A stretch of DNA of 63,779 nt, counting the filler, from Nemertoderma westbladi (taxonomy: Eukaryota > Animalia > Xenacoelomorpha): NCBI GenBank assembly GCA_032718475.1. It is 3 parts of 3 records of this genome, joined end to end, with 100 filler letters (N's around TTAATTAATTAA, not from the genome) between each part and the next. Parts side by side here need not be neighbours in the genome. Positions count along the whole stretch, not along the records: positions 25,974 to 57,334 come from JAUCBJ010005485.1; 2 more parts are not named here. The stretch is one strand, 5' to 3'. This document shows, piece after piece, positions 36,968 to 50,499 of the stretch (position 1 is the stretch's first letter; each line of letters begins with the position of its first letter). The notes beneath the pieces were generated by a model. It made no database searches. It worked only from the letters and a program-made list of their open reading frames with translations, and was not told the origin of the DNA. Made by a program: the position numbers and the translations under genes.

Positions 36968-37588
36968 GTTTATTCTATGCCGCAACAACTTCACGTTGTG
37001 GAACACAACTACGACGACAATGAAGAGAATGTCGAGGGCGGTACAACTCAGGATGACCTTCTAGACGAGGAAACTGCACTGAATCTCAGTCGTCCCGAAG
37101 AGGACAGAGTCACAGCAGCTGAGAAAAATAAACATCTGCAGGCCCAGTTGGCGGTGAGTTGGCCAAAATTATTACAGTTCCAAACATCTGCAGGCCCAGT
37201 TGGCGGTGAGTTTGCCAAAATTATTACAGTTCCAAACATCTACAGGCCCAGTTGGCGGTGAGTTGGCCAAAATTATTACAGTTCCATTTGTTGTGATTTT
37301 GTATTAAACGATCTATATTATCTACTAAATCTATTTACATTTTTGTTCGATCCTAGTCAAAGTTTCAGTTTCAAACAATGAGATCAATTTATCAAATTGT
37401 ATGTATTCTTCACTTTTATTTCCTTGTAGAGTTTGAGCGTGGAGTTAGAGAAATCCGGACAAAAGCAAACTCAATACGATGTTATCTTCCGAGAGAACAT
37501 GCGTAAGGGACAGGACAAATACAAGACGCTGAAACAGATCAGACAGGGGAATACGAAACAGCGTATAGATGAATTCGAGTCAATGTAA
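36968..37588 (+). CDS. Moe: Last two coding exons (36968-37153, 37430-37588) of an ERM-family (ezrin/radixin/moesin) gene
   Basis: [21 protein letters not shown]|SLSVELE...[33 protein letters not shown], the conserved ERM actin-binding tail; AG/GT boundaries, both exons phase 0. Upstream exons not recognised in this contig. Confidence 0.93.
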
Positions 37589-37928
37589 ACCTAGGATCTA
37601 ACTAATCCCGTTAGTTAGAATGGTTAGTTAGTGCAATTAGTTTACAATGAGTTAGTTTACAATGAATATTTACATAGTGCAGTAAGGAATAAGTTAGTTA
37701 ATTCGTTATTTAGTTAGATTGTCAAATTCTACTTACGGGTCATTATCACTAAAAGTGCCCCAAACACTGTCTTGACTTGTGTCAATGCCTTAATGTTGGA
37801 AGTTTGACAAAAACCAAGTATATACCATACGAAAGGAAATTGTATTTCCAATTTCGTCAACATTTTTTCAATTACAGAAAATATATTATGGGTTCTAAAA
37901 ATTAATTTATATGGTAAACAAAATGGCT

Positions 37929-38560
37929 ACTACTACTCACGATCGGCATGTTGCATTGTAGCTGCATTTCTAAGAATGCTGTGCCGGCTTGTCGACAAAA
38001 TTGCGCCGCCACAACTCCCTATCCCCCATGACATTTGCTAGATCATCCGCATCTTCAAGGCCAGTGTCCTTTAAGATGCGTCTCAAGAAAGTCATGGGCT
38101 GTCCACCATGCTTATTCACTCCATGAGGCTGCCAAAGTACAAGATTATGCACTGGCTGGTCCTCATGGCGAAAGCAATGTCCTGCAAAGCGGAGGCGATT
38201 TTGTTCTAGTGTCAAGCTTGGGGGAACCAATGAGACACCTCCAATGTTATATAGTGTCTGGTTGGAGATGTGTGCATTGTACTTGACACAATGAACCCGG
38301 CGTAGCATTCTTGTGAATGTGCCATCCAGAGATTTGGTGTCCTCAGCAGTTAGAGCCCAGCATGGACTCCCGTAGAGGAGTACTGGAACTACTGCTGCTC
38401 TAAATAATCGGACCTTAAGTTTCCGATTAATTCTCGGTGACTTCCAAATCCTGGAAAGCCTATTCAAGGCTGCCCATGCCTTTCCCTTTCGTGTTCGAAG
38501 GTCCTCACCTGACTTCCGGATCCATGATCCCAGGTAACAGAAGTCGTCCACATGCTTAAG
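37929..38560 (-). mobile_element. 5'-truncated RTE-like LINE (end of RT, C-terminal domain, (TAG)n tail)
   Basis: DDFCYLGSWI, RKGKAWAAL..L..IWKS, LKVRLF.A.V..VLLYG...W.LT, LDGTFTRMLR, RLRFAGHCFRH, DRELWR; ctactactact at the left end. Confidence 0.88.
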
Positions 38561-38799
38561 TACTATATGCTTTAGCTAGTAAAGTACCGGTGCTAAAAGC
38601 CAGTACCTACTCGAACTCGACTGCGTTTGTTTGTAATATATTCCTTATATAGTTCGTATATCCTTTTTTGTGGATTAAACAAATATTTTATTAACTATTA
38701 TACACAGCGTTGTTGCTTTTTTTAATCAAAGGACACAGTAGTACTCTCATTATTATAGTGTTAGTATTAGTCGAATATTATCACTAAACATGCTGTTTC

Positions 38800-39178
38800 A
38801 AAAATATCAATGATTGCATCGTTCAGTTTGCCCTGCAAGCATTAATTGCAATTAATAAGCTACTGAACTAGTTCGCCCTCTAGCGGAATAGCCTTCTTTG
38901 AAAGACACAGCTGATAGGCATGTACATATCTGAAATGCGGGGACATTTATTGTTTAGACATGTAGCCCCCTCGCGACCGACATGCGAACTGTAGAAAGTC
39001 TGTCTGTATGTAAACTTTCTAACCGTTTTTCATAGACTACAAAGTTTTACTTTAAGAAAGTAGGTAGTTCCTGATAATTAGTTTTCAAATAATAGACCGA
39101 CCGACAGACAGACACTAGGTTGAGAGAGTGGTACCCGTATGCTAAGTTCGCTTACTTGCGTGGTTCGCCCCACAGTAA
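38800..39178 (-). mobile_element. Partial reverse-orientation copy of the Helentron/HINE-like element family
   Basis: Reverse complement begins ttactgtggggcgaaccacg..cttagc, then a (gtct)n tract and the ccgctagagggcg repeat motif. Confidence 0.6.
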
Positions 39179-39879
39179 CTCGTATTACAACCCCCCCCCC
39201 CCCCCCCCCCCACTCCCCTTACAGTATCTATTTTAGATATGCTATTCGTATTTCGTATGAATTCAGAAAGCAGAATAGGCCTGCTGTAACTGTGGTTACA
39301 GTAGGCCTATTAGGAAATAATATGGATGGGGGGCAGTTTTTCAACACACTGTGACTTTTAGAATTTATGCCATAATCATATGTTAAAAAAACAGTTGGGA
39401 GGGGGGGAGGGGGGGGGGGGGGGGTGGATTCGTTACATGTTACATGAAGGACGCACTTTCAACGCTATTATTTTCTTTTAATGTTTCTAAAAGAGCTTGT
39501 CGACTACCACTATTGCGTTCGTCTCAAAAGACCTTTCAATTAAAATATAGTTTTCCATATCTGAAAACTTTTTTAAAAAACCTCTGTTTGGCCACTTTTA
39601 TAGAGATTGACGCGATACTTAATTTCGTAGCTGTTACTTAACTTTCTTGTTTTAGTAAGTTAAGTACAGTCAGTTAATTTGTTAGTTGAATTTTTTATTT
39701 TTTCACAGTAATAAGACACAGAGATTATAAATATATTACGCAAACGATAATAAAACTCAAAGCTCAAGAAATGTGTTCGGTAGGACGTATTGATGCCAGC
39801 CTGGATGCACTAAAAATAATAACAAAATTGGTCAAAAAAAACAACCGAATACAGACACAATCACTAATGATGTGACCAA

Positions 39880-39980
39880 TTGTGGGGCGAGCCACGAAGT
39901 TGGCGGAGCCTTAGCGAATTGACACTGTTAGGGGGTGGGTCAATTTATGCAAATAGTTGTCGTCGTCGTCGTCGTCGTTG

Positions 39981-40012
<32 letters not shown>

Positions 40013-41480
40013 GTCGTCGTCGTCGTCGTCGTTACGATTTTGACATGCTAATAACTTTGTCGGATTTAAAGCTGCCAAGTTGAAAATTTGTAGGTATCAA
40101 TATGAGCAAAAGTTGAGATTTTTGAGAGACTTTCAGACACCATCAGTGCAATGGTCTCCCGCTAGAGGGCCACATGTCTAAACATTAAATGCCCTCCCAT
40201 TTCTTTGCTTTTAATCCGTTTAAGCTGAAACTTGGCAGATATGTATTAGACCATTAGCTGTGACTTTCAAAGGAGGCGAATCCATCTGCAGTTCTCCAGT
40301 CTGCCGCTAGAGGGCCAAAGGTCTGAAAGTGAAATCGTTATCGTTGTTACGATTTTGACATGCTAATAACTTTGTCGGATTTAAAGCTGCCAAGTTGAAA
40401 ATTTGTAGGTATCAATATGAGCAAAAGTTGAGATTTTTGAGAGACTTTCAGACACCATCAGTGCAATGGTCTCCCGCTAGAGGGCCACATGTCTAAACAT
40501 TAAATGGCCACCCATTTCTTTGCTTTTAATCCGTTTAAGCTGAAACTTGGGAAGTATGTACTAGACCATTAGCTGTAAATTTCAAAGGAGGCTAATCTGT
40601 CTGCAGTTCTCCAGTCTGCCGCTAGAGGGCGAAATGTCCCGAATGTGAAATTATTCTTCCATTTAGTTGTTTATGATCTGATTACGCTGAAACTTGTCAT
40701 ATATGTACTAGATGACATCCTGAGTCTTTGTGTGGATTGTAATCGGTCCGAAGTTTTCCAGTCTGCCGGTAGAGGGCCACATGTCTAAACATTAAATGGC
40801 CACCCATTTCTTTGCTTTTAATCCGTTTAAGCTGAAACTTGGGAAGTATGTACTAGACCATTAGCTGTAAATTTCAAAGGAGGTTAATCTGTCTGCAGTT
40901 CTCCAGTCTGCCGCTAGAGGGCGAAATGTCCCGAATGTGAAATTATTTTTCCATTTAGTTGTTTATGATCTGATTACGCTGAAACTTGTCATATATGTAC
41001 TAGAAGACATCCTAAGTCTTTGTGTGGACAGTAATCGGTCCGGAGTTTTCGAGTCTGCCGCTAGAGGGCGAAATGTAGGAAAGTGATAACCTTCGCGAAT
41101 TCCTTGATCTTAATCTATTTAAGCTGAATTTTGGAATATACAGTACCGGTATGTACTAGACCACATGCCTCGTCTTTGTGAGGAAGGTGATCGATCCGTA
41201 GTTCTTTAATATGCCGCTAGAGGGCTAAATGTATGAAAGTGAAAACCTTCCAACATTTCGTTATTTATGATCCGTCAATCGGAAACTTGGTAGATATGTA
41301 ATAGACCATAGGCTGTGGCTTTGTAGGGAAACTAATCCTTCCTTCTTCAGTTACCCAGTCTCCCGCTAGAGGGTTAACGTTTTCCGGGAAAATCTTCTCC
41401 TATGTTTTTATAATCCTTTCGAGTTGATACTTAGCATTAACTCATTTCACGTGCTGCGCGAAGGCCCCACTTCGTGTAAT
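39880..41480 (+). mobile_element. Non-autonomous Helentron/HINE-like element with (CGT)n microsatellite and central array of nine ~145-170-bp repeats
   Basis: Ends tgtggggcgagccacgaagt ... cgtgctgcgcgaaggccccac (gtggggc/gccccac inverted), shared with 43915-44535. Layout of subterminal inverted repeat, microsatellite and array. Class assignment is inference. Confidence 0.65.
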
Positions 41481-43008
41481 AAAATGTTTATAGTTTATTA
41501 TTTTATTCAAACTATTAATTACCTGGTTTTTTTAATGTTTTTTTTTTTTCAATTACAGATGATGTTTCTGATGCCATGTTTCCAGTGCTGTAAATACAAA
41601 CTGTAATTGGTTAATTAACACAAAAACTATATAAATTGGGTAAAACACTTAGTAATTGGATACCCATTAATATTTGTTGGCATTGGAACTGTGCAAACCA
41701 TATTTCTCGCATCTATAATCAGTTAATCTGCTCCGATTTGCTTTAACGCCTGTGCCTTTGTAATCAAGTTGATTGAACTATTTGCTTACCCAATACTTAC
41801 ATACCGTTAGTCCAGTTCCATACTAATTATTTGTTTCCAAAATAATCATTATCTGAAGGCTGTAGTAACTAATTAATTTTGTTTAAGGGTTATATATTTA
41901 TGTATAATTAATTACGAACATAGTTCAATATATAATTGTGGTCTGTGGTGACAGCGGAAATAGGGAAGGAAATAAATAACGCCCAACTTTCGGTGTTTGA
42001 CGATTTTAACTTTCAACAGCTCAATTATTGTGTCATTGTGCACAACATGTAACTTTTGTTTGTCCTAATTGGTGTTTATTACGCCACTTAACCAAGTTGT
42101 ACCTCCGTCTATATCTGTGTACTTTATTTTTTATGGTATAGTTTAGCTCAAACCGCTCAATTTATTGCCCAACAATTTAATATTTTACAACATATTTGTT
42201 GGGATTCACACTTATTTCGACGATGGAATTTCATCATTACTGGTATGATAGTAATTTATTAAAGTCTTACGTTCGATAACTCATTTGATTTACCCGTGTA
42301 TTGTTACATAATTTATAGTTTAACGTTTGCATTAGTTGCAAGTGGGTCTATCTATCCTCCAATTTTAACCTGTCGATTAACAGTTCATGTTTTTATTTTT
42401 TGCTGACTTTATTGTCACACCATATTTCTATGAGGCAATTAGCACCGGTACCAAAAATAATAATCTTATTTATTATTATCGGCCAAAATTATGTGTAATT
42501 TCTTATTTTATATTTTATAAGATAGTTGAATTTATTCATTTCGGTTCCTAATTTGTTATTTTCCAGCCTGCAGTAATGGAAACTCATATAAATATATTTG
42601 GAATTTAGTTATTGTTTGGATTACATTACGCGTGAGTTATTGTTTGCAGCTCGTATCATGTGCTTGGTATTATACCTATCCCCATTAATAATTAATTATA
42701 TGCTTGTAATATTTGACAGTGGTTATCGCAGGCTAATTGGTGTTATTACCTGTAGCCCTATTAATTCGACTTTGTTCCAGTTCCCATCGTTATGCACACA
42801 CGGGTTCATTATTTCGGTACGTATTGCTACTGTTTTGTGCTCGATTTTACCACAATTTATCTATTTAAACAGTTTGTAGCTGTCAATCAATATTATTAGA
42901 ATACTAATCGGGATTTAAATAATAATATGGATTATTGACATTAAATATTTTAGTGAAACTTTTGAGAAACTCAAAGACTTTCTCATAACAATAAACACGT
43001 TATTCTCA

Positions 43009-43218
<210 letters not shown>

Positions 43219-43914
43219 TCAATGTTTTTAGAAATCTTAATGATTTTTCATTAAATTTCAAACACTCCCCAGAGGGCCAGAGGAAACTGCTACTGATGTA
43301 ACGACTATTTATAAATGCAAGGCAGATGAGATGGATATACAGTAGTAGCTAATTTCGTTAAGACACTCTTAAAGAAATTACAAATCCGTAAAGGGCCTTC
43401 TTGCCGGGCTCGAACCCAACACTTCTGGTGCCAGATTACCGAATTCAAAGCAAGTGATTAAATTAAATCAGAGACAAGGAGGACGAAATTTATGAAAATC
43501 CTATATGGGGAATTAATATTCACAATAAACAATATTGTGACGAGTGTCCTACATTCTATATAACCACGAAAATTTGGAAAGCTTGTAAGTAAAATTACCA
43601 TTATTTATTGTAACGCACTTACGTACAAATTTCCAATTAAATTAAACTTAGTGACCCATTAATTTTCGCGAAATTTAAAGCACGACTTCTGCCTACTTAT
43701 GACAAGATGTTGAAATTTTATACACAATTTATTATTATTTATGCACAATTATTAATTAGGGTCATATAATCACCATTTTAATGACTAGGTCCATTATTAG
43801 AAGAAGGAAGTAATAAAAATAAACAATCATGTTAGTTTTACTCCTAGTAGTATGTATGTACACCATCTCCGAAGGTGGCCATCAGGGACGCCGCAGTGTC
43901 CCGGCAACAATTTA

Positions 43915-44535
43915 CTGTGGGGCGAGCCACGAAGTGAGGGAAGTCTTAGCATATGGGTGCCACTAACGAGTTGTCTGTCGTCGTCGTCTAATTTTGATCG
44001 CTAATATCTCGGTTGTTCCTTTATGAAATTAAACGAAATTTGGTACTTATATAGTCCGGCAAAAGTTTAGAAAGAATCTGGAGTTTGGTAAAAAAAAAAC
44101 GAACGAACGCAACGAGTTTACAGTGGATACGAGTCTCATCCATCTGCCATAAATCACCAGTTACACTCACAGTTTCTAGACTTTATATAGTTATAAAAGT
44201 TATAAAGTTAGTCTCCGTTAAGGAAAATTATTGTAAGACAAAACAGGACGAGCGCAACGAGGCTAATGAAGGAGAAGAGTATATATTGTAAAACTAAAAA
44301 TGTCATACTTAACTTAAATAGCCCTAGTTAAGGTTTACAAATGACAGTTAAAGTGTGTAAGGGCAAACTGAAGTGGATCTCTGTTTTTACAACTAGTTTA
44401 TTACAAACTAATTTCATCGCCTTCACTCATATATATTTTGGGAAAGACGGTTGTCGTATATCTAATAGAGATTAGTATATAATGTACTTTCTAATACAGG
44501 CTCTCGTGCTGCGCGAAGGCCCCACGAACGTGTAA
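43915..44535 (+). mobile_element. Short copy of the same HINE-like family, lacking the central array
   Basis: Same 5' (tgtggggcgagccacgaagt) and 3' (cgtgctgcgcgaaggccccac) ends and a short gtc tract. Confidence 0.65.
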
Positions 44536-47500
44536 CCTGTAATATTGAAGTAGTTGTTACATCTCCCGACTGACTTTTTAGATGTTTGATTTAAGAAATA
44601 CCCGCTGAAATGCAGAATGTTAGAAAACTCACGCGATCTCACTTTAATTTAAAATATGCAAATAATCAGGGGGGTTCCAGCCAGGCCACTGAATTAAGTA
44701 ATTAAGACACCACTTTATATTCCAGGACTTGACCTTTATTGCTCAAACTTGTTTGTCAAGCCACCATTTTACATAACATTTGTATTACAGTTCCTCTCTA
44801 CAGCAGTAGAAAGAAATGATTGTAATTTTAATTATTATGAGGCGGCTTGTAAAGGACGTGAGATGGAAGGAAAGAATGAAGTGCGTGGGCGTCCCTAGCA
44901 ACCATTTTATTTGGACCAATCAGGAGTGTCGTGCAGTTGGAATGATGCTGTTAGCTGCAGTAATGTTCCCCATCATAACACTGTCCTTAGCTAATCCTAT
45001 ACCATCCATCCTGAGTAGCTGAGTTCACTGTACCTACACCAGTATGAAGTATCTCCCTGCACATTGGATCACAGCCAATGACGATAGGAATAATAGAAAG
45101 CTGCAGGAATTATTATTGGAAAGCAAATCATTGCATTTTATGTGTGTAACAGCTAGTGCTTTATTGTTTTGCTGACAGTATTAATTGCCTATACTGTCTT
45201 ATATTGAGCACAGACTGGTGACTGGTAGACATAATGTATAACTGGTATGTGGAAGTAGGTCAACAGATACTGCATTTCTCTATTTCAATTCCGTCAAGTA
45301 ATCTGTTTACCGGTAGGATATCATTATTATTAAGTGCACCAAACCTACTGTAGGTCAGGCTGTACTGCTCTGCTGCTGTAGCACATGCTGACATGGTCAT
45401 GCCATATGGTGTTCATTTTGGTGTACTGTACTGAGACTGACTGTTTAATTATAGTATAACGGATCAGGGCACACTAATATAGGATGCAGATTTATGGGGT
45501 TTCTTGTCTCGTTAACTTACAGTAGGCCCTACAAACATAAGTTATGGATCTATGTTAATTTACCGTAGGCCCATCCCATACACCATAGCTGCATAGTGTC
45601 TCATTAGTATTAATATTATGCATATTATACTATCATCCCTTGCCTTCTTTAGTTCTTTATTGCACTGAGTCAGTCCGTTACTTCGTCATTGAATAAAGTA
45701 ACACCTTTACTGAGTATTCGAGTCAAGTCAGCAAGTCACACTGTGGGTGGCTCGCCTCTCACACTGTGGGTGGCTTGCATCTCACACACTATCTGACTAT
45801 GGGTGGCTCGCGTCTCACACTGTGGCTGTGGGTGGCTCGCGCTCACCACTCACACACTATGGGTGGCTCGCCTCTCACATATTGTAGTTTTTAAGACTTC
45901 ACACTGCACGTTGCATAAATAAGCTGCACTGTTTAGTCGGCTAGTCTACTAGTAGGATACAGTAATAGGATTTTCTAGGAAAACTCATTTCAAATAATAT
46001 TACTTATTACATAGCAAGTATAGTATGAATTACTTTTTACGGAAATATATAGTATGAATTAGGCTACTTTATTACGGAAATATAGTCAGATAGTACGACT
46101 TTATTTCTTATTCTGGTGTTGGAAACTCTTATCTCATGTATCTACTTAAGTTTTATATCTATCAATCTATCCCTTATGGCCCTATCCGTTCTAAATTTAT
46201 TTATCAATCAATAGGCAATTGTATTTTATTTTTTGAGAATTTTGTAGAATAAATTACTATATTACAACATATCCTGGAAATAGAAGAAGTCAACATAAAG
46301 TTAATATTGCTAAATAGAATAATAATTATTACAATCTGTGTGGGTATATATGCCTTACAGCTGTAGTTGGTTCCCCTGCCAGGCAGAAATGCGTCTGGGC
46401 GGCCCAGACTGGGCCTACCAGGCACCAGGCTGAATTATTATTAGTGTTTTTATATTTTTAACATAACTGCATAATTAACCCTGAAACACGAACGAGGGCA
46501 GGATGGTGTAATCCGTATGGGCGTAATAATTAAAAAACCATTTACCTGCGTGAGGGACCCTATTATTTGTTTACTGTGTTGGTTGCTAAGCAGCAATTTA
46601 ACATTTTATCATTCTGAGGCCAGTTTAGGAGGAAGTAAGCTTTAGCTTTATAAGTAAACCTTCTTCTCCCCTGTCAGTGCCAGTCATCATAAATGGCACC
46701 CCCGGTGGTATCATTATGATTGTAATTGTAAATTGATGAATAAATACCATATGCCCTCATTCTATAATAATGGAAGCCACTGCCTTGGCAATAATAATAA
46801 ATACCACACTACTACCGGTATGTAGTTTTTATTAGGCTTATTCTACATAATATTGATTTAATAATTTATTTTATTCTTAAATTGTTACTTTTTCGCTTAA
46901 ATTTACCCCAAAATCGGGAGAAAAAGTTGCACTTTTTTCCCCAGGGAAAAAAGTAACGCATAGGATTGCATTGATTTTACTTTTTTTCCTGGCGAAAATA
47001 GTAAAATAAAATATTTTTGGTGGAATTTCTTAAATATTATTAAATGTGGTGAAAGAACATCGACGTAGAAAACAGAAAAGGTTTGCACGTAATTTGAGCA
47101 AAATCCATGCCGCACTCAAAAGTTAAGACAAATTTAGTGTCTGCGCGGCGTACTCCAAAATGGTACTCAATATCCAATATTGGTTTATATTGTTAAGCGG
47201 TTTTTTCGTTACGTAATAAATATTCGAGAACATATAAATGATTTAACATTGAGTAAGACAGCATTTATTTTATAACACTATATCGCTGTACGTTTTATTA
47301 AGGAATTAAGCAACAAAACAGTATCAATTTAAGAATACAATTACGTATTACATGGAAAAAAACGTGGAACCATTTTTTTTCAATATTCTCTCGACCCTTT
47401 ATTAACCTCGTTCACGCTCGGTAAATAAAATGCCTCGAGAATAGTGAAAAAAAGTTATACTTTTTTCCCATGTAATAAATAATTATATTTATCTATAAAA

Positions 47501-47575
47501 AACTAGTACTGTTGATTGGATGTTCGTTGTTGAATTTCTCGAAATAATTTGCACCCAGTTCGGGGTTGTTCGTTT

Positions 47576-49543
47576 ATGTGGCAACGAGAATCCTCGCTCA
47601 GCGCCGCAGACGACGTCACAGCGCCACTAATGAACACCGAACCGCTGCCGGCGGTGGACCGGGAGGTGGACTGGGCCCGTTACGGGCTGGACGGGCCCGC
47701 GACGCCCGCACAACCCGCTCACACGGGCGTCCACGACCTCTTCCACGAGGATAAACTCTCGTCGTCCTCCGGAGAACAGAAACCCTGGTGGAAGTCGAAC
47801 TTCTTCGTGCGGGAACCCGTTCTGTTCGGCACCTGGGATGGGGTATTCACCTCCGCGATGCTAAATATATTCGGGGTTGTTATCTTCTTGCGAACCGGAT
47901 GGGTTGTGGGCAACGCTGGGATCGGGTTATCCCTTCTAATCATCGTACTTACTTTAGCGGTCGCGCTTATAGCGGCTTTGAGCGCGATTGGAATCTGCGA
48001 GAGACTCAACCTCCCGGCAGGAGGGGTCTACACTCTACTTAGTAGCGTTTTAGGTGCTCAAATAGCGGCTTCTATTGGCGCTGTTTATTGTTTCGCCCAG
48101 GCTGTCGCAGCCGCGTTGTACTGTACCGGTTTCGGGGAGTCTATGGCGGGGGTTTTCGGTATCGAAGACAACACCTGGGCCATCCGCGGTATCGGAATCG
48201 GGGTGCTGCTACTTCTATTGGCTATTAACATCGCGGGTGTTAAGTGGGTGGTTAAGTTACAACTCGCTCTGCTTCTAATCCTACTGGTTTCTGTTCTTGA
48301 CTTCGCCGTGGGAACTTTCGTTCACACCGACACCTCGCAGGGTTTCTGGGGATACAGTCGCAGTTTGCTTAGCAACAACACCAAACCGGACTACAACGTC
48401 GGACAGACTTTCTTCACGGTATTCGGGGTTTTCTTCCCTACCGCTACCGGAGTCTTCGCCGGTATCAACATGTCCGGCGACCTTCGCAATCCGCGCGCAT
48501 CAATCCCCAACGGGACGTTAATGGCCATCGCCGTCAGCGGATTCCTCTACATCCTCCACGTGGTCATGCTCGGGGCCACCTGCACGCGCGACGCTCTCAA
48601 ACACAACTACCTTATCGCGGAGATCGTTAGCGTCGTCGGGGTCCTGTGGTTGATGGGTCTCTATATATCCTCGTTGTCGTCCACTCTGGGCGCGGTTTAC
48701 GGGGCCCCGCGTATACTGCAAGTGATCGCCCAGGAACGCAGCATTCCCATCATAGAATTCCTCGGAAAAGGCCGCGGAACTAATAACGAACCGATATATG
48801 CTACTCTAGTTGTTTGTTTCATCGCACTTTGTTTCATTCTCATAGGTCATATAAACACTTTAGCACCGATTGTGACTCTCCCATTTATGTTGACTTACTG
48901 CGCCGTCGATTATTCTTACTTCGCTCTCGCGATGACGTACGATAGACTCTTAGAAGGGGGCCGTGTTGACCCCCAACAGAAGGGGGAAACAACCTCCCTA
49001 GTAGGGGGCGACAGTAAGCCCCCTACCCCATTGATAGAGGAACTCCCCCCTAACGAGCCGCCCCCCAGCTACGATTCGGTCTCCGCGAGTCCAACCCACA
49101 GCGATGGGGGGGACAAAGGGGGCGCCGTCAGCCCCCCGTACAAGCTGGATATATACCGGATGCCCAACAGCTGGTACAGTTCCATGTGCAACCGCTGGGT
49201 GTCGCTAATAGGCGCCGTCGGGTCTATAGTCATTATGTTCCTTATCGAGTGGACCTATACTTTGGTGTTGGTCGCTCTAACAATGTTACTGCATCTCTAC
49301 GTGCTGAAGGCCAGTTCGGGTTTAACAACGGGAGCCAATCAATTCGAGTTAATCGAATGGATTAAAGGTCTAAGGAAGCACGCTAGATGGCGTAGGAACG
49401 GGTACGAGCAGGTTAAGGTTATGACGCAGAGTCCCATACCCGAGATTTCTACGACGCAGTTAACCGAAGATGGGGACGACTACAAAGGTAGAGGTCGATA
49501 CCATCACTCCTCTAAACTAAAGGGGACCGATTATGACGGATGA
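47576..49543 (+). CDS. SLC12A8: Solute carrier family 12 member 8 (CCC9)-like transporter, single coding exon
   Basis: KPWWKSNFFVREPVLFGTWDGVFTS..LNIFGVVIFLRTGW.VGNAG, FFTVFGVFFPTATGVFAGINMSGDL..P..SIP.GT, GAPRILQ, CNRWVSLIGA. First ATG at 47576; true start may lie in an upstream exon. Confidence 0.9.
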   Translation: MWQRESSLSAADDVTAPLMNTEPLPAVDREVDWARYGLDGPATPAQPAHTGVHDLFHEDKLSSSSGEQKPWWKSNFFVREPVLFGTWDGVFTSAMLNIFGVVIFLRTGWVVGNAGIGLSLLIIVLTLAVALIAALSAIGICERLNLPAGGVYTLLSSVLGAQIAASIGAVYCFAQAVAAALYCTGFGESMAGVFGIEDNTWAIRGIGIGVLLLLLAINIAGVKWVVKLQLALLLILLVSVLDFAVGTFVHTDTSQGFWGYSRSLLSNNTKPDYNVGQTFFTVFGVFFPTATGVFAGINMSGDLRNPRASIPNGTLMAIAVSGFLYILHVVMLGATCTRDALKHNYLIAEIVSVVGVLWLMGLYISSLSSTLGAVYGAPRILQVIAQERSIPIIEFLGKGRGTNNEPIYATLVVCFIALCFILIGHINTLAPIVTLPFMLTYCAVDYSYFALAMTYDRLLEGGRVDPQQKGETTSLVGGDSKPPTPLIEELPPNEPPPSYDSVSASPTHSDGGDKGGAVSPPYKLDIYRMPNSWYSSMCNRWVSLIGAVGSIVIMFLIEWTYTLVLVALTMLLHLYVLKASSGLTTGANQFELIEWIKGLRKHARWRRNGYEQVKVMTQSPIPEISTTQLTEDGDDYKGRGRYHHSSKLKGTDYDG

Positions 49544-50499
49544 GTCATTGAATCTAAATGGTTGACATCCAGGTTGGTCTCTGTACCCAGTGGGGCTACT
49601 CAGTGTTGGCTGAGTTCTCGTATAAAGGACGTTTATCTAGTTTTAAATCACTAAATCCAATATTTGTATTTAAAAGTTAATATTTATTTGCTTTAATTGT
49701 TTCAAAACCAATAATTTATGTTGCAAATTGCAATATTTCTTTGGTGAAAAGCCACATTGGTGCAAAAAATAGTCAAATATAAAATAAATATGAACTAAAT
49801 AATGAATTTGGGTAATAATTAATATTTATTTATATTAAGTATTACTAGCTGGCATTAATTTATCGACATTTGTTGCCCCTCTGTGCCGGGCTGGGTACAG
49901 CAGACCAACATCCGTTCGCTTGTTGTTCCATGTGCTCCGTATTTATCTTGGTGTTAAATTATAATAATTATTTTTATTATTTTGCTGCAATCTTGTCTAA
50001 CTAACTAGCTAGTTGTAATAATAATTTATTATTTAGTTTACTCAATTTCGGTAAGAACTGTCTATATTATATATTAATTATTCTATATTTGTAACCCTTA
50101 TATATTAATATTATTAGTTATACCGATTTGTGATTTCGGAATAATATATTTCCCCACCCAGTGCAGTATCGAGTATATAGTATCGAGTATCGAGTATATA
50201 TATAGTATTTTTTTGTATTTGTCTTATATTATAGGCCTTTATAGGCTGATACATTTAGTGCATTGTTTATGTTTACTTTCTCAATGTAGTGTTTATTGTT
50301 ATTTATTATGTCTGAAATGAGAAAATTTATATTCCGTGGTGATTATTGGAAAATTCGTCAGCTCTGGTCCCTCTGTGGTGATTTTTACCCCCAAATTTTG
50401 TCTGAAGTAAAATAATCGTTTTCGGCTGTTGAAATTTGTAAAAGTTATTTATTTAAGTATGATCTATAAATAACTGTTTCAGTAAGTTGTTTATCAACT

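Noticed and set aside
39880-40083. Poly-arginine, protamine-like ORF
   Set aside because: Translation of the (CGT)n microsatellite in the HINE-like element.
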